The notes under the pieces were generated by a model, which was not told where the DNA came from, searched no databases, and was given only the letters and a program-made list of their open reading frames with translations. A stretch of 44,328 nucleotides of DNA from a virus (taxonomy: Duplodnaviria; Caudoviricetes), in IMG/VR virus record IMGVR_UViG_3300017589_000277, positions 1 through 44,328 of that record; one strand, given 5' to 3'. Shown in pieces: positions 19,601-27,324 of this stretch. Position 1 is the first letter of the stretch. Every line of letters starts with the position of its first letter. The position numbers and the translations under genes were made by a program.

Positions 19601-19842
19601 TCATCGTTGCCGAATAAGGTTGCGGCACCGCCTGCAAGATAGTCCCATCCGCCCTCCAACACGCCGAAAGCACCTGCGGCAGCTTGACCACCTAGGTACT
19701 TTACACCGCCTAAAAAGCCGCCTTTGTTATAGTCGGTGTCTTCGGGTGTGGTGAGAGTGCCGCCAGCCCCTAAGATGCGATTGTATTTACTTGTAGTGGT
19801 TTGTTGTTGCACGGTTGAACCTAAGATTCTGTTATAAGCCAT
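13684..19842 (-). CDS. Large polyvalent / ejection protein (Gly-Ala membrane segment, HExxH motif, MuF_C-like domain, C-terminal LPD38-like domain)
   Basis: 2052 aa; EAAGEAFEEG N-region; IIHELAH; TPEIFVKKAGLKKLPLLM...HNLG...KQIPKALEEP; VTVNFARTG...IPFLNPAIQG...SPKKINYLLDQYSG. Confidence 0.75.
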   Translation of the reverse strand: MAYNRILGSTVQQQTTTSKYNRILGAGGTLTTPEDTDYNKGGFLGGVKYLGGQAAAGAFGVLEGGWDYLAGGAATLFGNDDYAKRLMENDISGSWSQELTDEYNPNKAMSFAGDVASGLGQSSVGLLATLGVSALVVASGGTLAPAAAAAITGGVIGVGAAGKSTAQAYKKTGKLGLSEFAYGTASGLLEGGLEAVTGAASKAAKRAISPFAKTAASKLTLAAIGKTMLSEAAGEAFEEGASTFIDPYLQRGLGIDKNAQNATSQEIFYSMGVGAASGALMSGGTSAATSIRAANLGNNIVSKGKTDVVLERAKMLTEYADTAEDATATPEVLQSLKASYTEYNAAKNKNGLKSKALLGEMSRSIAYIEVSKGVQASKAGIVKIADDLVSILQQQGFEYTADDIKANKDDVATKLAIQDFVGKMLIPTEQYTEAIKQGKMAQSEANYTKWQSEVDDATKQELGQTLGIDMNTATYYDMQHAMSQYDPAAIEAQNQTEEQSKAEERAPITAAAKQSYKMSKNAEKAMKSFREQFAAVDKMEVTPKQGKKSGTVRKQLPALPSKVTLNQGEAELYRADNGVLVGIKRTDEGYLVYAEKGKEGLGGTPKAISEAQLPEVLTAITGKDFVTNAQEKQKAAKKPKTETKSKVEQKAKAKAEPAAKVQQKPAIQIVESIKRIKSNAADAKARKFVKDFDLLPVATRGRICEAIISGNQFGVEENTINAACNIMTFRDVGISFSSTNKNGIYSNVDGKRQIIINPNTNVVRKTIIHELAHDMEGVEGYDKLRKLALKEVSETKQKATEDAYTAHYEKIGKKIDDSIIQSEITADYLGEKLGDSNFLRQYVNKNLTFFQKAKRWISDFAAKLKNKEGYTSARYIEMVYNNLVQGEYINSSKTESVKKYSYEKTYEQQIDEVYNDTFNKEHSHLSAGNTPEIFVKKAGLKKLPLLMRYDTTYLSMFDKGELKGNYHNLGVEIMKQIPKALEEPSYILSHKNPQRIGAIISVKDTRQNQISNRDIYFAIEFDTSGAINGKYIEANLIVTAFSPKNAYIQKLINENTVIYKKDDPQVNPRGQFPSIVSEASFQAIEGTTSISNPKAEINTESVNKSQNVEKYSLSDQVLTEIPQEYKPTKREAVSDQFLAFQIAFVNQQAGVERLGRTLGVKGIEAKVQAARSAQAAAEEMLGGSQWSFDGTKKYGDGLQKIMKPIYKAGVETKQSFFTYLLHKHNISRMEQDKPVFGYEVTAENSINAVIEYEKSNPEFAEISKKLNKYQDNLLQLRVDSGLVTQEAADMLRKMYPNYVPTFRDVEKAFGTGSLSGKYNLAVKQTIKKAKGGNQPILPIDIMIARQTIETVKAARVNALANALYSAAVAKNDFSQIEVSSKEKVTDIADTDYAEVKPKNNEITFFRAGERITMKVSKEVFAGFEAFSPASELSNPLVTALRKVNNTFKRLVTSLNPAFLLRNSARDIQDAGMYSKYIKSFPKNYIRAISEIKNNGDLWQRYKAMGGIQSSIFEFERGFIGEQNKFGLTKAEGKLLNKGLQAMENANMFVEQLPRLAEFISSIEAGNTTDQALLDAADVTVNFARTGKVTRSLNSTLIPFLNPAIQGFSKMIRTITAAKSARQLGGLIAKAFILGILPQLLNQLMYDDDEDYQVLTDYVKENNFLFKIDIEGLAEDKFVKIPKGRVSSFLAGLVLRSSQIAKGEEADWKGYVENALTQITPVDAMSRTILSPFKDVATNTTWYGGTIEGAEFDSTAPAKRYDESTSSIAIALGKVLNYSPKKINYLLDQYSGVIGDIILPATTAKAENNLFSSSFLVNPVTSNKLSTKFYDTYDKLNYKKTDGNETAAFQIKFLNKAKSGISTLYKEKSIIQSSNLTDKEKIAQTEVIQALINQAYKTALADLPVVSKAIEATESITDPDIRYVESVRLVYGAERALKDYNTAVYDKAATLNNGGVDYETFYNAYFTIKSIESDKDADGETVSGSRKEKIVNYLNTLGIPDAQKLIILYSYGYTTTNKKTLAQYITRLQISTEEKTLLAETCGFTVKNGKIVL

Positions 19843-19857
19843 TTTTCACCTGCTTTG

Positions 19858-19885
19858 TTGACATTCGTCAGTTTTTGGGTATAAT
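19858..19885 (+). promoter_or_regulatory. Consensus sigma-70/A promoter for the moron
   Basis: TTGACA (19858-63), 16 nt, TATAAT (19880-85). Confidence 0.8.
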
Positions 19886-19903
19886 CATGATTGTGAGGTA
19901 ATT

Positions 19904-20227
19904 ATGAAAGCAAAGATTATACTCGTTTCTTCTTTTTTAGTAATCGCAGTAATACTTGCAGTAACGCTTGGATGCGTTTATGGTATTAAGTTAACCGTTA
20001 CGATTGATTACGGTTATTCGGAAGGTTCTCGCATACTTGGGTTTGAGCCAAAAATAGAAGAATTTAAGGTCACACGTGGCTCTACTTTTTCGCCGGAACG
20101 TCCCACGCGTAGCGGGTACACATTCAAGGGTTGGTATAAAGATTCCGCTTTAACGATACCGTGGTCAAGTACAGACAAGGTAAGGTCTGATATGACGCTG
20201 TACGCGAAGTGGGAAGCGATTGATTAA
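19904..20227 (+). CDS. Membrane-anchored InlB B-repeat (Flg_new) protein; moron, superinfection-exclusion candidate
   Basis: N-terminal hydrophobic helix with Cys; PTRSGYTFKGWYKD...W...DMTLYAKW. Confidence 0.85.
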   Translation: MKAKIILVSSFLVIAVILAVTLGCVYGIKLTVTIDYGYSEGSRILGFEPKIEEFKVTRGSTFSPERPTRSGYTFKGWYKDSALTIPWSSTDKVRSDMTLYAKWEAID

Positions 20228-20241
20228 GTCTGCGCCGTTGT

Positions 20242-21558
20242 TTATGTAAGAGCATATATTTTTCCTGCTTTATTTGTAGAGTATTTTTTTCCGTTAAAAT
20301 CAAATTCTGTATAATCTAAAGAGCTTGCCTTTCTTGCCCGCTCTGCGGCGTAATAAAGAGCTTCACGGTTGCTTACGTTAATCAACTGAGCTTGATATTT
20401 TTTACCTTCTACAACTTGTTCGCCTTGTTGTAAGGCGGGTTTATTTACATTTTCTGCTATAGCTTTTGCTTCTTGCTCTGCTTTTGCTTTTGCTACGGCT
20501 TTGTCGAGTTCTGCTTTTTTCGCTTCCAAAGCGGATTTGACGGTGTCATATGAAGTACCAAGTTTATTTTTATCAAGCTCCAATTGCGCAAGCGTTTTGT
20601 CGTATTCAGAATTTGCAGCTAATCCGGAAATTGTAGACATGTAGTCGTCGGCATAAATTTTGTTATATGTTTCAAGCGATACGTCGCCGGACGAAAAAGC
20701 AGTATCTAAAGCAGACCATGCCGCATTCGATGAAGCTTCATCCGTCGCCCCGGTAACCGCGGCGGTGAGCGTCTCTGCTTTTTTGGTTTGATATCGCGCA
20801 AGTTCGGATTTATAGACGTCCTCGGTAATAAAATCGTTGTTGTATCGGTCTTGCAAATACGCAGCATCAACCTCGCCTCTGTCAATGTAGCTTGCGATCT
20901 GCTTGGCGTTTGTGGTGTACTCTTGCTGTTTGGCGGTGTAGCCGCTCTTGATTTCTTGATAGCCTGCAGCGGCGTTTGCGTTAAATGACCCTGCCGCGTC
21001 GATATATGCGCCCTGCAGCGTCGCTTGGTCGGCTCTGTCAGATGCAACCTTGGTACCGTAAGCGGAAGCCTCTTTGTCTCCATAGACTTGGCTCATAAGC
21101 TGCTTATTAGCCTGTAACGCCTTGTATGCTTCGCTGTTAGCGTCCTGATAGCCTCCATACACCGATTGCATGATCTGCGCGTTGTATCCGCTTCCAGTCA
21201 ATCCCAGTGATGCCAGTTGACTTTGGTTACTTCCGTAGGCACTTGCCGCTTGTTGCATCGCGCTGTTATTGGCTATTGCAGTATCTTGGTAATCCTGCTT
21301 ATACGCCTCGGCATCGCGGTTATAGCCAATCTTTGCCGTATCAATCGCGGAGGCGTACACTTGCTTGCTTAGTTCGCTGTTATAGCCGTAGGCGTTCTCC
21401 GCAGAGGCTACAGACGAGTTGTAGATATCACCGTAGACACGGGCAAAGTAGTTCTGCGAATCCGGGTTAAAAGAATAGCCCTGTTTTTGAGCGTACTCTT
21501 CTTCATCGGGCGTGTATGAGTACGCGCGCTTCATAAGGTCTTTATAGCTGTCTGCCAT
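20242..21558 (-). CDS. Putative ejection / internal virion protein
   Basis: 438 aa, Ala/Tyr/Gln-rich helical, LASLGLTGSGY motif; precedes the giant protein. Confidence 0.6.
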   Translation of the reverse strand: MADSYKDLMKRAYSYTPDEEEYAQKQGYSFNPDSQNYFARVYGDIYNSSVASAENAYGYNSELSKQVYASAIDTAKIGYNRDAEAYKQDYQDTAIANNSAMQQAASAYGSNQSQLASLGLTGSGYNAQIMQSVYGGYQDANSEAYKALQANKQLMSQVYGDKEASAYGTKVASDRADQATLQGAYIDAAGSFNANAAAGYQEIKSGYTAKQQEYTTNAKQIASYIDRGEVDAAYLQDRYNNDFITEDVYKSELARYQTKKAETLTAAVTGATDEASSNAAWSALDTAFSSGDVSLETYNKIYADDYMSTISGLAANSEYDKTLAQLELDKNKLGTSYDTVKSALEAKKAELDKAVAKAKAEQEAKAIAENVNKPALQQGEQVVEGKKYQAQLINVSNREALYYAAERARKASSLDYTEFDFNGKKYSTNKAGKIYALT

Positions 21559-21567
21559 GATAGCCTC

Positions 21568-22140
21568 CTATGCCCTCATCCAGTTGTGCGGCAAATTGTA
21601 CTTTGCTAGAAATAACGCCATTGCTATTTCGTCGCAGTTCTGGTGTTGTGCATCTTCCCATGCGTGACCTTGCAACGTGTCCCACGGTTCGCGCTCGGTA
21701 AAGTGCCGAAGGTGCAAAAGTTCATGAATAAGCGTGTATTCCTGCGGCTGTTTTTTGATAAGCACTTCGGGAATTTCTTCTGACAATCTTAGCATTATCC
21801 ACGCACTTTTTAGCTGACCATTAATTGACGCTTCTGCTGCAAGTTGCTCTTTGTCGTCTCGCAAGAAATTATGCCAACTCGTTGTCTCAGCTTTAATCAT
21901 CCAGTCCATCAGCCCTAATCTGTCCTGCCACTCATCGAGACACGCGTCAAGCTGTTCTTGTGATTCAAATTGCATGATGGGACTAGGCGTATTATCGGTC
22001 TTACGCAATTCTTCTGTGCCTACGCCGATAAACACGCCGGAAGTAACATTTTTGTAGTCTTCCGGCTTAGATTGCGCGGTGTCAGCGGCGTTTTTGGGAT
22101 CTAAACCATACCCATACCTTAGTGCTTCGTCCGTTCCCAT
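21568..22140 (-). CDS. Zincin-like metallopeptidase
   Basis: EYTLIHELLHLRH (HExxH); WQDRLGLMDW. Confidence 0.7.
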   Translation of the reverse strand: MGTDEALRYGYGLDPKNAADTAQSKPEDYKNVTSGVFIGVGTEELRKTDNTPSPIMQFESQEQLDACLDEWQDRLGLMDWMIKAETTSWHNFLRDDKEQLAAEASINGQLKSAWIMLRLSEEIPEVLIKKQPQEYTLIHELLHLRHFTEREPWDTLQGHAWEDAQHQNCDEIAMALFLAKYNLPHNWMRA

Positions 22141-22361
22141 CAGTCAATGACCTCCCAATTTTCAGCAAAGAGCTCAATCATCGTCTCTTTCCACGGTACC
22201 TTGCCAAATTTGCTCTCAACGTACAGATACGGTGCGGTCATTTTGCTGTGCTCGTCGGGGCGTTGACAGCGGATTACGACGTCGGGCGACCACTTCGGCA
22301 ACCTCATTCCTTTGCCTTGCTTGACTTGCTCAAAAGCAGCTCCAAAACTTAATCCATTCAT
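22140..22361 (-). CDS. tad2: DUF2829 / Tad2-family anti-defence sponge protein
   Basis: SFGAAFEQVKQG...R..W...PYLY...VPW......LFAENWEV matches the DUF2829 pattern. Confidence 0.75.
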   Translation of the reverse strand: MNGLSFGAAFEQVKQGKGMRLPKWSPDVVIRCQRPDEHSKMTAPYLYVESKFGKVPWKETMIELFAENWEVID

Positions 22362-22379
22362 TGCAATATCTCCTTAAAG

Positions 22380-22484
22380 TTATTTTTCTTTGACAAGTGT
22401 GTGTATAACCGCCGCTGCAAGTAACAGAAACATCGCTCCTGCGCACGATATGACGACGATGCGTACTATCTCATAAGCGGTCAT
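22380..22484 (-). CDS. Small single-TM protein (34 aa), not in ORF track
   Basis: ATGA overlap with portal stop; MTAYEIVRIVVISCAGAMFLLLAAAVIHTLVKEK*. Confidence 0.6.
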   Translation of the reverse strand: MTAYEIVRIVVISCAGAMFLLLAAAVIHTLVKEK

Positions 22485-24439
22485 ACCATGCCACCTTGAC
22501 CCTGTGCGGTCGGTTGTGCGGCTCCCTGTGGCGCAGGCATCTGCTTTGCCCCTTGCTGTTGCGCCATTGCTTGCTGTTGCTGCATTTGCGCAGCGGCTGC
22601 CATGAGCTGCTGTTTTTTGTTCTTAAGCATTTCCAATGTTTCGGCGGCGGTGGGGTAGCAGAGGCGCTCCATGGTAGCCCAATAATAAATCATCGTGTCA
22701 ATGTCCGCGGGGTCTCCGAACGCACCGCTTGTGTAATTTGTGCGCGCTTCCTGCCACATCAACTGCCTGTTATTTTGAATGTCGGCGACAGGCGAAGTCG
22801 TGAAGAGAAAATCATCGTTGTAGTACCACTCTCCGGTGCTGTCAAGCTCCAAAAACGCGTGGCGGTCAAACTCTTCATAGGTTGGGTCTCCGTCGTCATT
22901 TCGGAAGCTGACTGCGCGCGGCTCATCGGCGAACGCAAGCGAGAGCTGAAAGATTACTTTTGCGCGTTGCTCATACGAAGATGCCTTCATGATGCGCTTT
23001 GGTTCCAGACGCCCGGACGACTGGCTGACTTGTATTTGCTTGGCAATGCCGCTGTTTGCGGTGGTGTCTTCTTGCCCTTGATAGCTGTCAGATATACCGA
23101 AAATGCGCTTTGCGTGATCGTATACATCGTTGCCGCGGAGTTGGTCTTGCCTTGTATCGACTTTGAAATCAATTACTTTAATTGCGGCGGCTTGCTGCGC
23201 GTTTCCAACTGGTATTCCTGTTTTGAATATTTCAGAAGTCATGTTGAACTTCATATTGTCGGGCACGGTAATCGCCACGCCTGCGTTGATTATCTTCTCG
23301 TTTATGCGGTGTTCTAGTTTGTTTATGGTCTGCTGTTGATCGCGGATGCGCTTGCAGTCAGACAGCCCGTATACTTGCTTGGGGACGCTGATGTTTTTGC
23401 GTATAACCAAAGGATAGACTGTTGGCTTGTAGTACGGTACACGCGTTGGCTTGGTCTTCGGCACCCGCTGTACTTGATTGAGCGGAAGCACTACGCCGTT
23501 GATTTCTTGCTGTGCCGGGATGCCGTTGACTGATACAGGAGATGTTTCTTCTTCGAATACGGCTTTGCCGTCCTTAATAACAGGCGTAAGCGGCGTGATT
23601 GCTTTCTCACCGCCGCAGAAAATCATTGTCTCGTCTATCTCTTCATACTCTTCCTTGACCTCGACTATGTTTGGATGTTTGCACTGGCAATCACCCATCA
23701 AATTGCCGCACTTTGTGCATTTGCGGATTTTACGCGCCCACATATCCTCTAGGTCTTCAAGCTCGGTATCCCCGGTCCATACATACTTACAGACATTACC
23801 TTTTTCGTCACGATATAGCGCGACCGCGACCGTGCAAGTCTCATCAGATATCGGGCTCTCATCGTTTGGCTCTTTGGATACCTCGTCAAACAATACGTTG
23901 TACTTTCTTGATACGTTTTCGTGCGTGTCCGCGAATTCAAGAAAAAAATAATCCATCTTCTCCACGTCGTACACGGCGGGTTGCGGGATGAATTGCGTAG
24001 GATAAATAAGCTGTATGGATATCTCGCCTTGCGTGTTGTGCGTGGTGGCACTGTTATCCCATTCCACAAGCGCAGGAGAGCCGCCGAAAACGCGCGCAAA
24101 TCGCTCGTCCATATCGTTGAGCTCTTCGGCGTTCATGCGCTCCATGACATCGTTTATGTAGCGTTGCAGGGTCTTTGCAAGGATGCGGTTTGCCCTGTTT
24201 GCCTTGCGCGGTCTTACCTGTATGGGCGGTATGTATGTATCGATAGACGACTCAACAAGCTCATGCGTGATGTTGCGGCAGTATCCTACACTCTTAACCG
24301 ACCCATCTACGGACTTATTGCCTTCGTACTGCGCCCAATGCTTGTCAAGCTCTTCGACGATGGGCGCCCATTTGGCTTTTGCGTCCGTGTAAAGGTTTTG
24401 AAAAAAAGCTAATTTTGTGCTATTGTCGTCAATCCTCAT
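22481..24439 (-). CDS. Portal protein (P22-like)
   Basis: 652 aa immediately after terL; GISDSYQG...ANSGIA motif; Gln-rich C-terminal barrel-like tail. Confidence 0.85.
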   Translation of the reverse strand: MRIDDNSTKLAFFQNLYTDAKAKWAPIVEELDKHWAQYEGNKSVDGSVKSVGYCRNITHELVESSIDTYIPPIQVRPRKANRANRILAKTLQRYINDVMERMNAEELNDMDERFARVFGGSPALVEWDNSATTHNTQGEISIQLIYPTQFIPQPAVYDVEKMDYFFLEFADTHENVSRKYNVLFDEVSKEPNDESPISDETCTVAVALYRDEKGNVCKYVWTGDTELEDLEDMWARKIRKCTKCGNLMGDCQCKHPNIVEVKEEYEEIDETMIFCGGEKAITPLTPVIKDGKAVFEEETSPVSVNGIPAQQEINGVVLPLNQVQRVPKTKPTRVPYYKPTVYPLVIRKNISVPKQVYGLSDCKRIRDQQQTINKLEHRINEKIINAGVAITVPDNMKFNMTSEIFKTGIPVGNAQQAAAIKVIDFKVDTRQDQLRGNDVYDHAKRIFGISDSYQGQEDTTANSGIAKQIQVSQSSGRLEPKRIMKASSYEQRAKVIFQLSLAFADEPRAVSFRNDDGDPTYEEFDRHAFLELDSTGEWYYNDDFLFTTSPVADIQNNRQLMWQEARTNYTSGAFGDPADIDTMIYYWATMERLCYPTAAETLEMLKNKKQQLMAAAAQMQQQQAMAQQQGAKQMPAPQGAAQPTAQGQGGMV

Positions 24440-25910
24440 CTTGCATCTCCTGTTTTTGCCTTATTGGTGCACCCGCTCCGAATGGGTTGCCCCACCGTTC
24501 AATCAGCATCTTTTTACCCGCTGCGCTTGCGTTATAGTAGTCTTCGTATTGGTCGTCTTCCCATTTGACGCGGGCTGAATCCGGTATTTGCGCTTTGCCT
24601 GTCCACCCGTTTGCAAAATAGCGTAGGTCATCGGGCGCGTGTGTCAGCTCGTGAGGCTCTCTCGCTACATCATTAGGTTTTTTGTCATCGTGCTGTAGTA
24701 ACGGTATGGTGCGTATCAGGTTCTTGCACGTGCGAAAGATTTTAAGACGCGCTGTGGGCTTGCCGTCGGCTCCTGTGACGATCTTAAGCAGTTCATGAAC
24801 AGCAAGCCAACCGGATATCCTGTCGTTGTTGCTAGGCGTAAGAGAAAGCCCTGATTCATCAAAAAGTATCGCCGTTGATTTACCGCTTGTTGACTGTGTA
24901 TTCCAGAGATCCGGCGGTGCTAGACGCGTCACATACTGCCCATGTTTATCTTCGCTTTCCAGTGCTTTTATTTTTGCGGCTGCATTGGACACGATTAGAC
25001 CGCTCTCGTATATCTCGCGCGGCACATACACGTTGCCTTGATCGTCTACTACATAATCGTGATGCGACAGCATATCAAGACCGTAGTCCATTGATGTGTA
25101 ACGCCGCCAGTGTGCAGGAAGCTCAAAAGGTTCGCACGTGTGCACATCGTATCGCCACTCGCTGAAATATTGACCTTCGTATATGTCCCAGTTGCCGTAT
25201 AATAGTGCTTGCCGCTCTTTCTCCGGGAGGTTCATCAGCTTCGTCATGTAGTCCGGGTCTGCCTTCATGATGAAAGGGTTGTCCGCAAGTAGGGATGGGA
25301 TAAACAACCGCTTTTGTATCTTCGTTTCCCTGGTGCCGTCCGGGCGTATAAGCTCTATCGGCACATTATGCACTTTGCCCCACGTTCCAATTGTTACAAA
25401 GCGATCTCTGAAAAACACATGCCCCACGTTGCCGGGGTTACTGGAGCACTTCATTTGCTTCGGATAGCCGCGTGTGCCACGGATACGAGACAGAAGGTAA
25501 AGGTACATGTATTCGGTGAAGTGTGTTGCCTCGTCAAGCCTTATAACGTCATACTCGGCGGACATATACATCGTCACGTCGCCTTCGCTGTCGCAGTAGC
25601 CGAAGTCTATAACAGAGCCGTTCCTGAATGTATACGTGTGCTTGCTTTCGTTGTAGTTGGCAAGCTTTTTGCTGTACAACTCTCTGCTTACGCGAATGAT
25701 CGAGCGTTCTAGTTCCGGGAAGGTCCTACGAAGTATCAATTGCTTACTAAACGGATACTTTAACGCGTAGCCATATGCGTCGATTACTTGTACATAAGTC
25801 TTACCGCCGCCGGCAGCGCCTCCATAGAAGACCTCATCAACCGCCTCCGCATCCCGGAAAAGCTGTTGCTTTTCGGAAATATTAAACTCTATATCAAGTG
25901 TTGTTGCCAT
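24429..25910 (-). CDS. terL: Terminase large subunit
   Basis: Walker A GGAAGGGKT, Walker B IRLDEA, SSNPG, MDYG, HAPDDLRY. Confidence 0.95.
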   Translation of the reverse strand: MATTLDIEFNISEKQQLFRDAEAVDEVFYGGAAGGGKTYVQVIDAYGYALKYPFSKQLILRRTFPELERSIIRVSRELYSKKLANYNESKHTYTFRNGSVIDFGYCDSEGDVTMYMSAEYDVIRLDEATHFTEYMYLYLLSRIRGTRGYPKQMKCSSNPGNVGHVFFRDRFVTIGTWGKVHNVPIELIRPDGTRETKIQKRLFIPSLLADNPFIMKADPDYMTKLMNLPEKERQALLYGNWDIYEGQYFSEWRYDVHTCEPFELPAHWRRYTSMDYGLDMLSHHDYVVDDQGNVYVPREIYESGLIVSNAAAKIKALESEDKHGQYVTRLAPPDLWNTQSTSGKSTAILFDESGLSLTPSNNDRISGWLAVHELLKIVTGADGKPTARLKIFRTCKNLIRTIPLLQHDDKKPNDVAREPHELTHAPDDLRYFANGWTGKAQIPDSARVKWEDDQYEDYYNASAAGKKMLIERWGNPFGAGAPIRQKQEMQDED

Positions 25911-26397
25911 TGCTTCCTATTACCTTTGTGCTAAAGTTGACTGTGATATCGCCTGTCGCCTCAATCTCTTGCTTGTCGCGCCATTTATCCGGACGGCGGT
26001 TCTTTAGCCAAAATATTTGCGCCGTAGTATCCGGAACAATGTCTTTTCTGACTACCTTAGTGACCACCAATTTGAATGAATCTGTTTCCTTGTCATATAT
26101 CCGTTCTTGTGTCACTTCATCGTAAGAATAGCCAACTGCGCGTTGATAAAGGGAGTTTACGACCTTTGTATCTGCGACTTCTTTTTCTTCCTTTAAGGCT
26201 TCCGATAACTCCGAAAAACGTATCTTCCATTCAGACAGTGTTGACATTGCAATTTTCATTTTTATAGCAATCTGCGCTTCTGTAAGACCGTCTCTTGCCC
26301 ATCCTCTAACCAATAAAAGACCATCGGGTGTAAGCCATTGTTCAAACTTACCCTTGCGACCGCCTTTATTTACTTTTTCGGATTGTTCTTTTGCCAT
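25894..26397 (-). CDS. terS: Terminase small subunit
   Basis: WARDGLTEAQIA HTH; PDTTAQIFWLKNRRPDKWRDK; upstream of terL. Confidence 0.85.
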   Translation of the reverse strand: MAKEQSEKVNKGGRKGKFEQWLTPDGLLLVRGWARDGLTEAQIAIKMKIAMSTLSEWKIRFSELSEALKEEKEVADTKVVNSLYQRAVGYSYDEVTQERIYDKETDSFKLVVTKVVRKDIVPDTTAQIFWLKNRRPDKWRDKQEIEATGDITVNFSTKVIGSNGNNT

Positions 26398-26409
26398 TTT
26401 CCTTACATA

Positions 26410-26437
26410 GAAAAAGCCACCGGACAGATGGCTTTTC
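26410..26437 (-). terminator. Intrinsic terminator in late leader upstream of terS
   Basis: Minus strand AAAAGCCAT-ctgtccg-GTGGCTTTTT. Confidence 0.65.
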
Positions 26438-26486
26438 CCCTTCTTGGAGGAAGTTTGCTTTGATATGTACGTCCTATCTCGGCAAT

Positions 26487-26524
26487 ATCATAGTAACTTA
26501 TAAAAAGGGGCACTAAGGGGCACT
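26487..26524 (-). promoter_or_regulatory. Late promoter 1 (activator direct repeat plus -10)
   Basis: AGTGCCCCttAGTGCCCC then TATGAT, right after the activator stop codon. Confidence 0.75.
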
Positions 26525-26527
26525 GTT

Positions 26528-26929
26528 TTATAAACTTCTTTCTGCCCGGTAGCACTCAACCGCTTTGCTTTTCAGCGTCTTTGTCCAACGATAGCAGTAG
26601 TTCATATCAACGCAAATTTTCTCTAATGTTTTACCCTCAAAAAAATATTGCGTAAGTATATATCCGAGACGTTCGTCCTGAATGGCGTTAACCGCGTCCG
26701 TGATCGCTTCTTCCTTGTGTAGAAGCTCCATATGCTTAGACTCCGCCTTCAGCTTCAACTTTTCAAGGCATTGTACCTTTTCGGCAACGCTTTTCGTCGA
26801 TTGCGTAACGTCTAATTTTGCAGACGCAATCTCAAAATCAAACTGCTTAATCTTACCGCCTAAAGAGCATATGTACTTCTTCAGCGCCTTGTAACTCTCT
26901 AGTTCTATATATGCTTCCGTTATAGACAT
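26528..26929 (-). CDS. ArpU/RinA-like late transcriptional activator
   Basis: 133 aa; coiled coil then ILTQYFFEGKTLEKICVDMNY sigma-region-4-like HTH; upstream of terS. Confidence 0.8.
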   Translation of the reverse strand: MSITEAYIELESYKALKKYICSLGGKIKQFDFEIASAKLDVTQSTKSVAEKVQCLEKLKLKAESKHMELLHKEEAITDAVNAIQDERLGYILTQYFFEGKTLEKICVDMNYCYRWTKTLKSKAVECYRAERSL

Positions 26930-26958
26930 CTTAATACACCTCTCGTATTATATTTACT

Positions 26959-27207
26959 TTACGTTTTAGGATTTGACGGACTGACGGACGGATTCAGGTT
27001 GGGGTTCTCGGCTTTTAGCTTCTTAATCTCCTCCGCCGTCCCTAGCGCGCGGTATGCGGTGAGTTCGGCGTTGATTACTTCGGGTGTTCCGATATCTTCG
27101 TATTTGCCCAATCGATGTGCTATTTCGCTACCTGAAAATGAGTTGTAAAGTTTGTAATATTCGCTTTTCGCATCGATAGTTTTTGTCATTCTGTTTTCCT
27201 GTTTCAT
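26959..27207 (-). CDS. Hypothetical phage protein
   Basis: RLGKYEDIGTPE motif common in small phage proteins; AAGGAG RBS. Confidence 0.7.
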   Translation of the reverse strand: MKQENRMTKTIDAKSEYYKLYNSFSGSEIAHRLGKYEDIGTPEVINAELTAYRALGTAEEIKKLKAENPNLNPSVSPSNPKT

Positions 27208-27216
27208 TGCTTCTCC

Positions 27217-27324
27217 TTAATAATCACCATATCCATACTCGCCATATAGCCCATATCCAGAACTAATCTCGCTTAATTCGTAAGTAGTTGGGGCTCCTTG
27301 CGACCCTACATTATCTTCCATCAT
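27217..27324 (-). CDS. Small Gly/Tyr-tailed protein (35 aa), not in ORF track
   Basis: AAGGAGaagcaATG; fills the gap and overlaps upstream stop. Confidence 0.5.
   Translation of the reverse strand: MMEDNVGSQGAPTTYELSEISSGYGLYGEYGYGDY

Noticed and set aside
13684-19842. Tape measure protein / long-tailed phage
   Set aside because: No tail tube, chaperone or baseplate genes; domain content fits a polyvalent ejection protein.
22496-23317. 273-aa + strand ORF
   Set aside because: Antisense shadow of the portal gene; no RBS or motifs.
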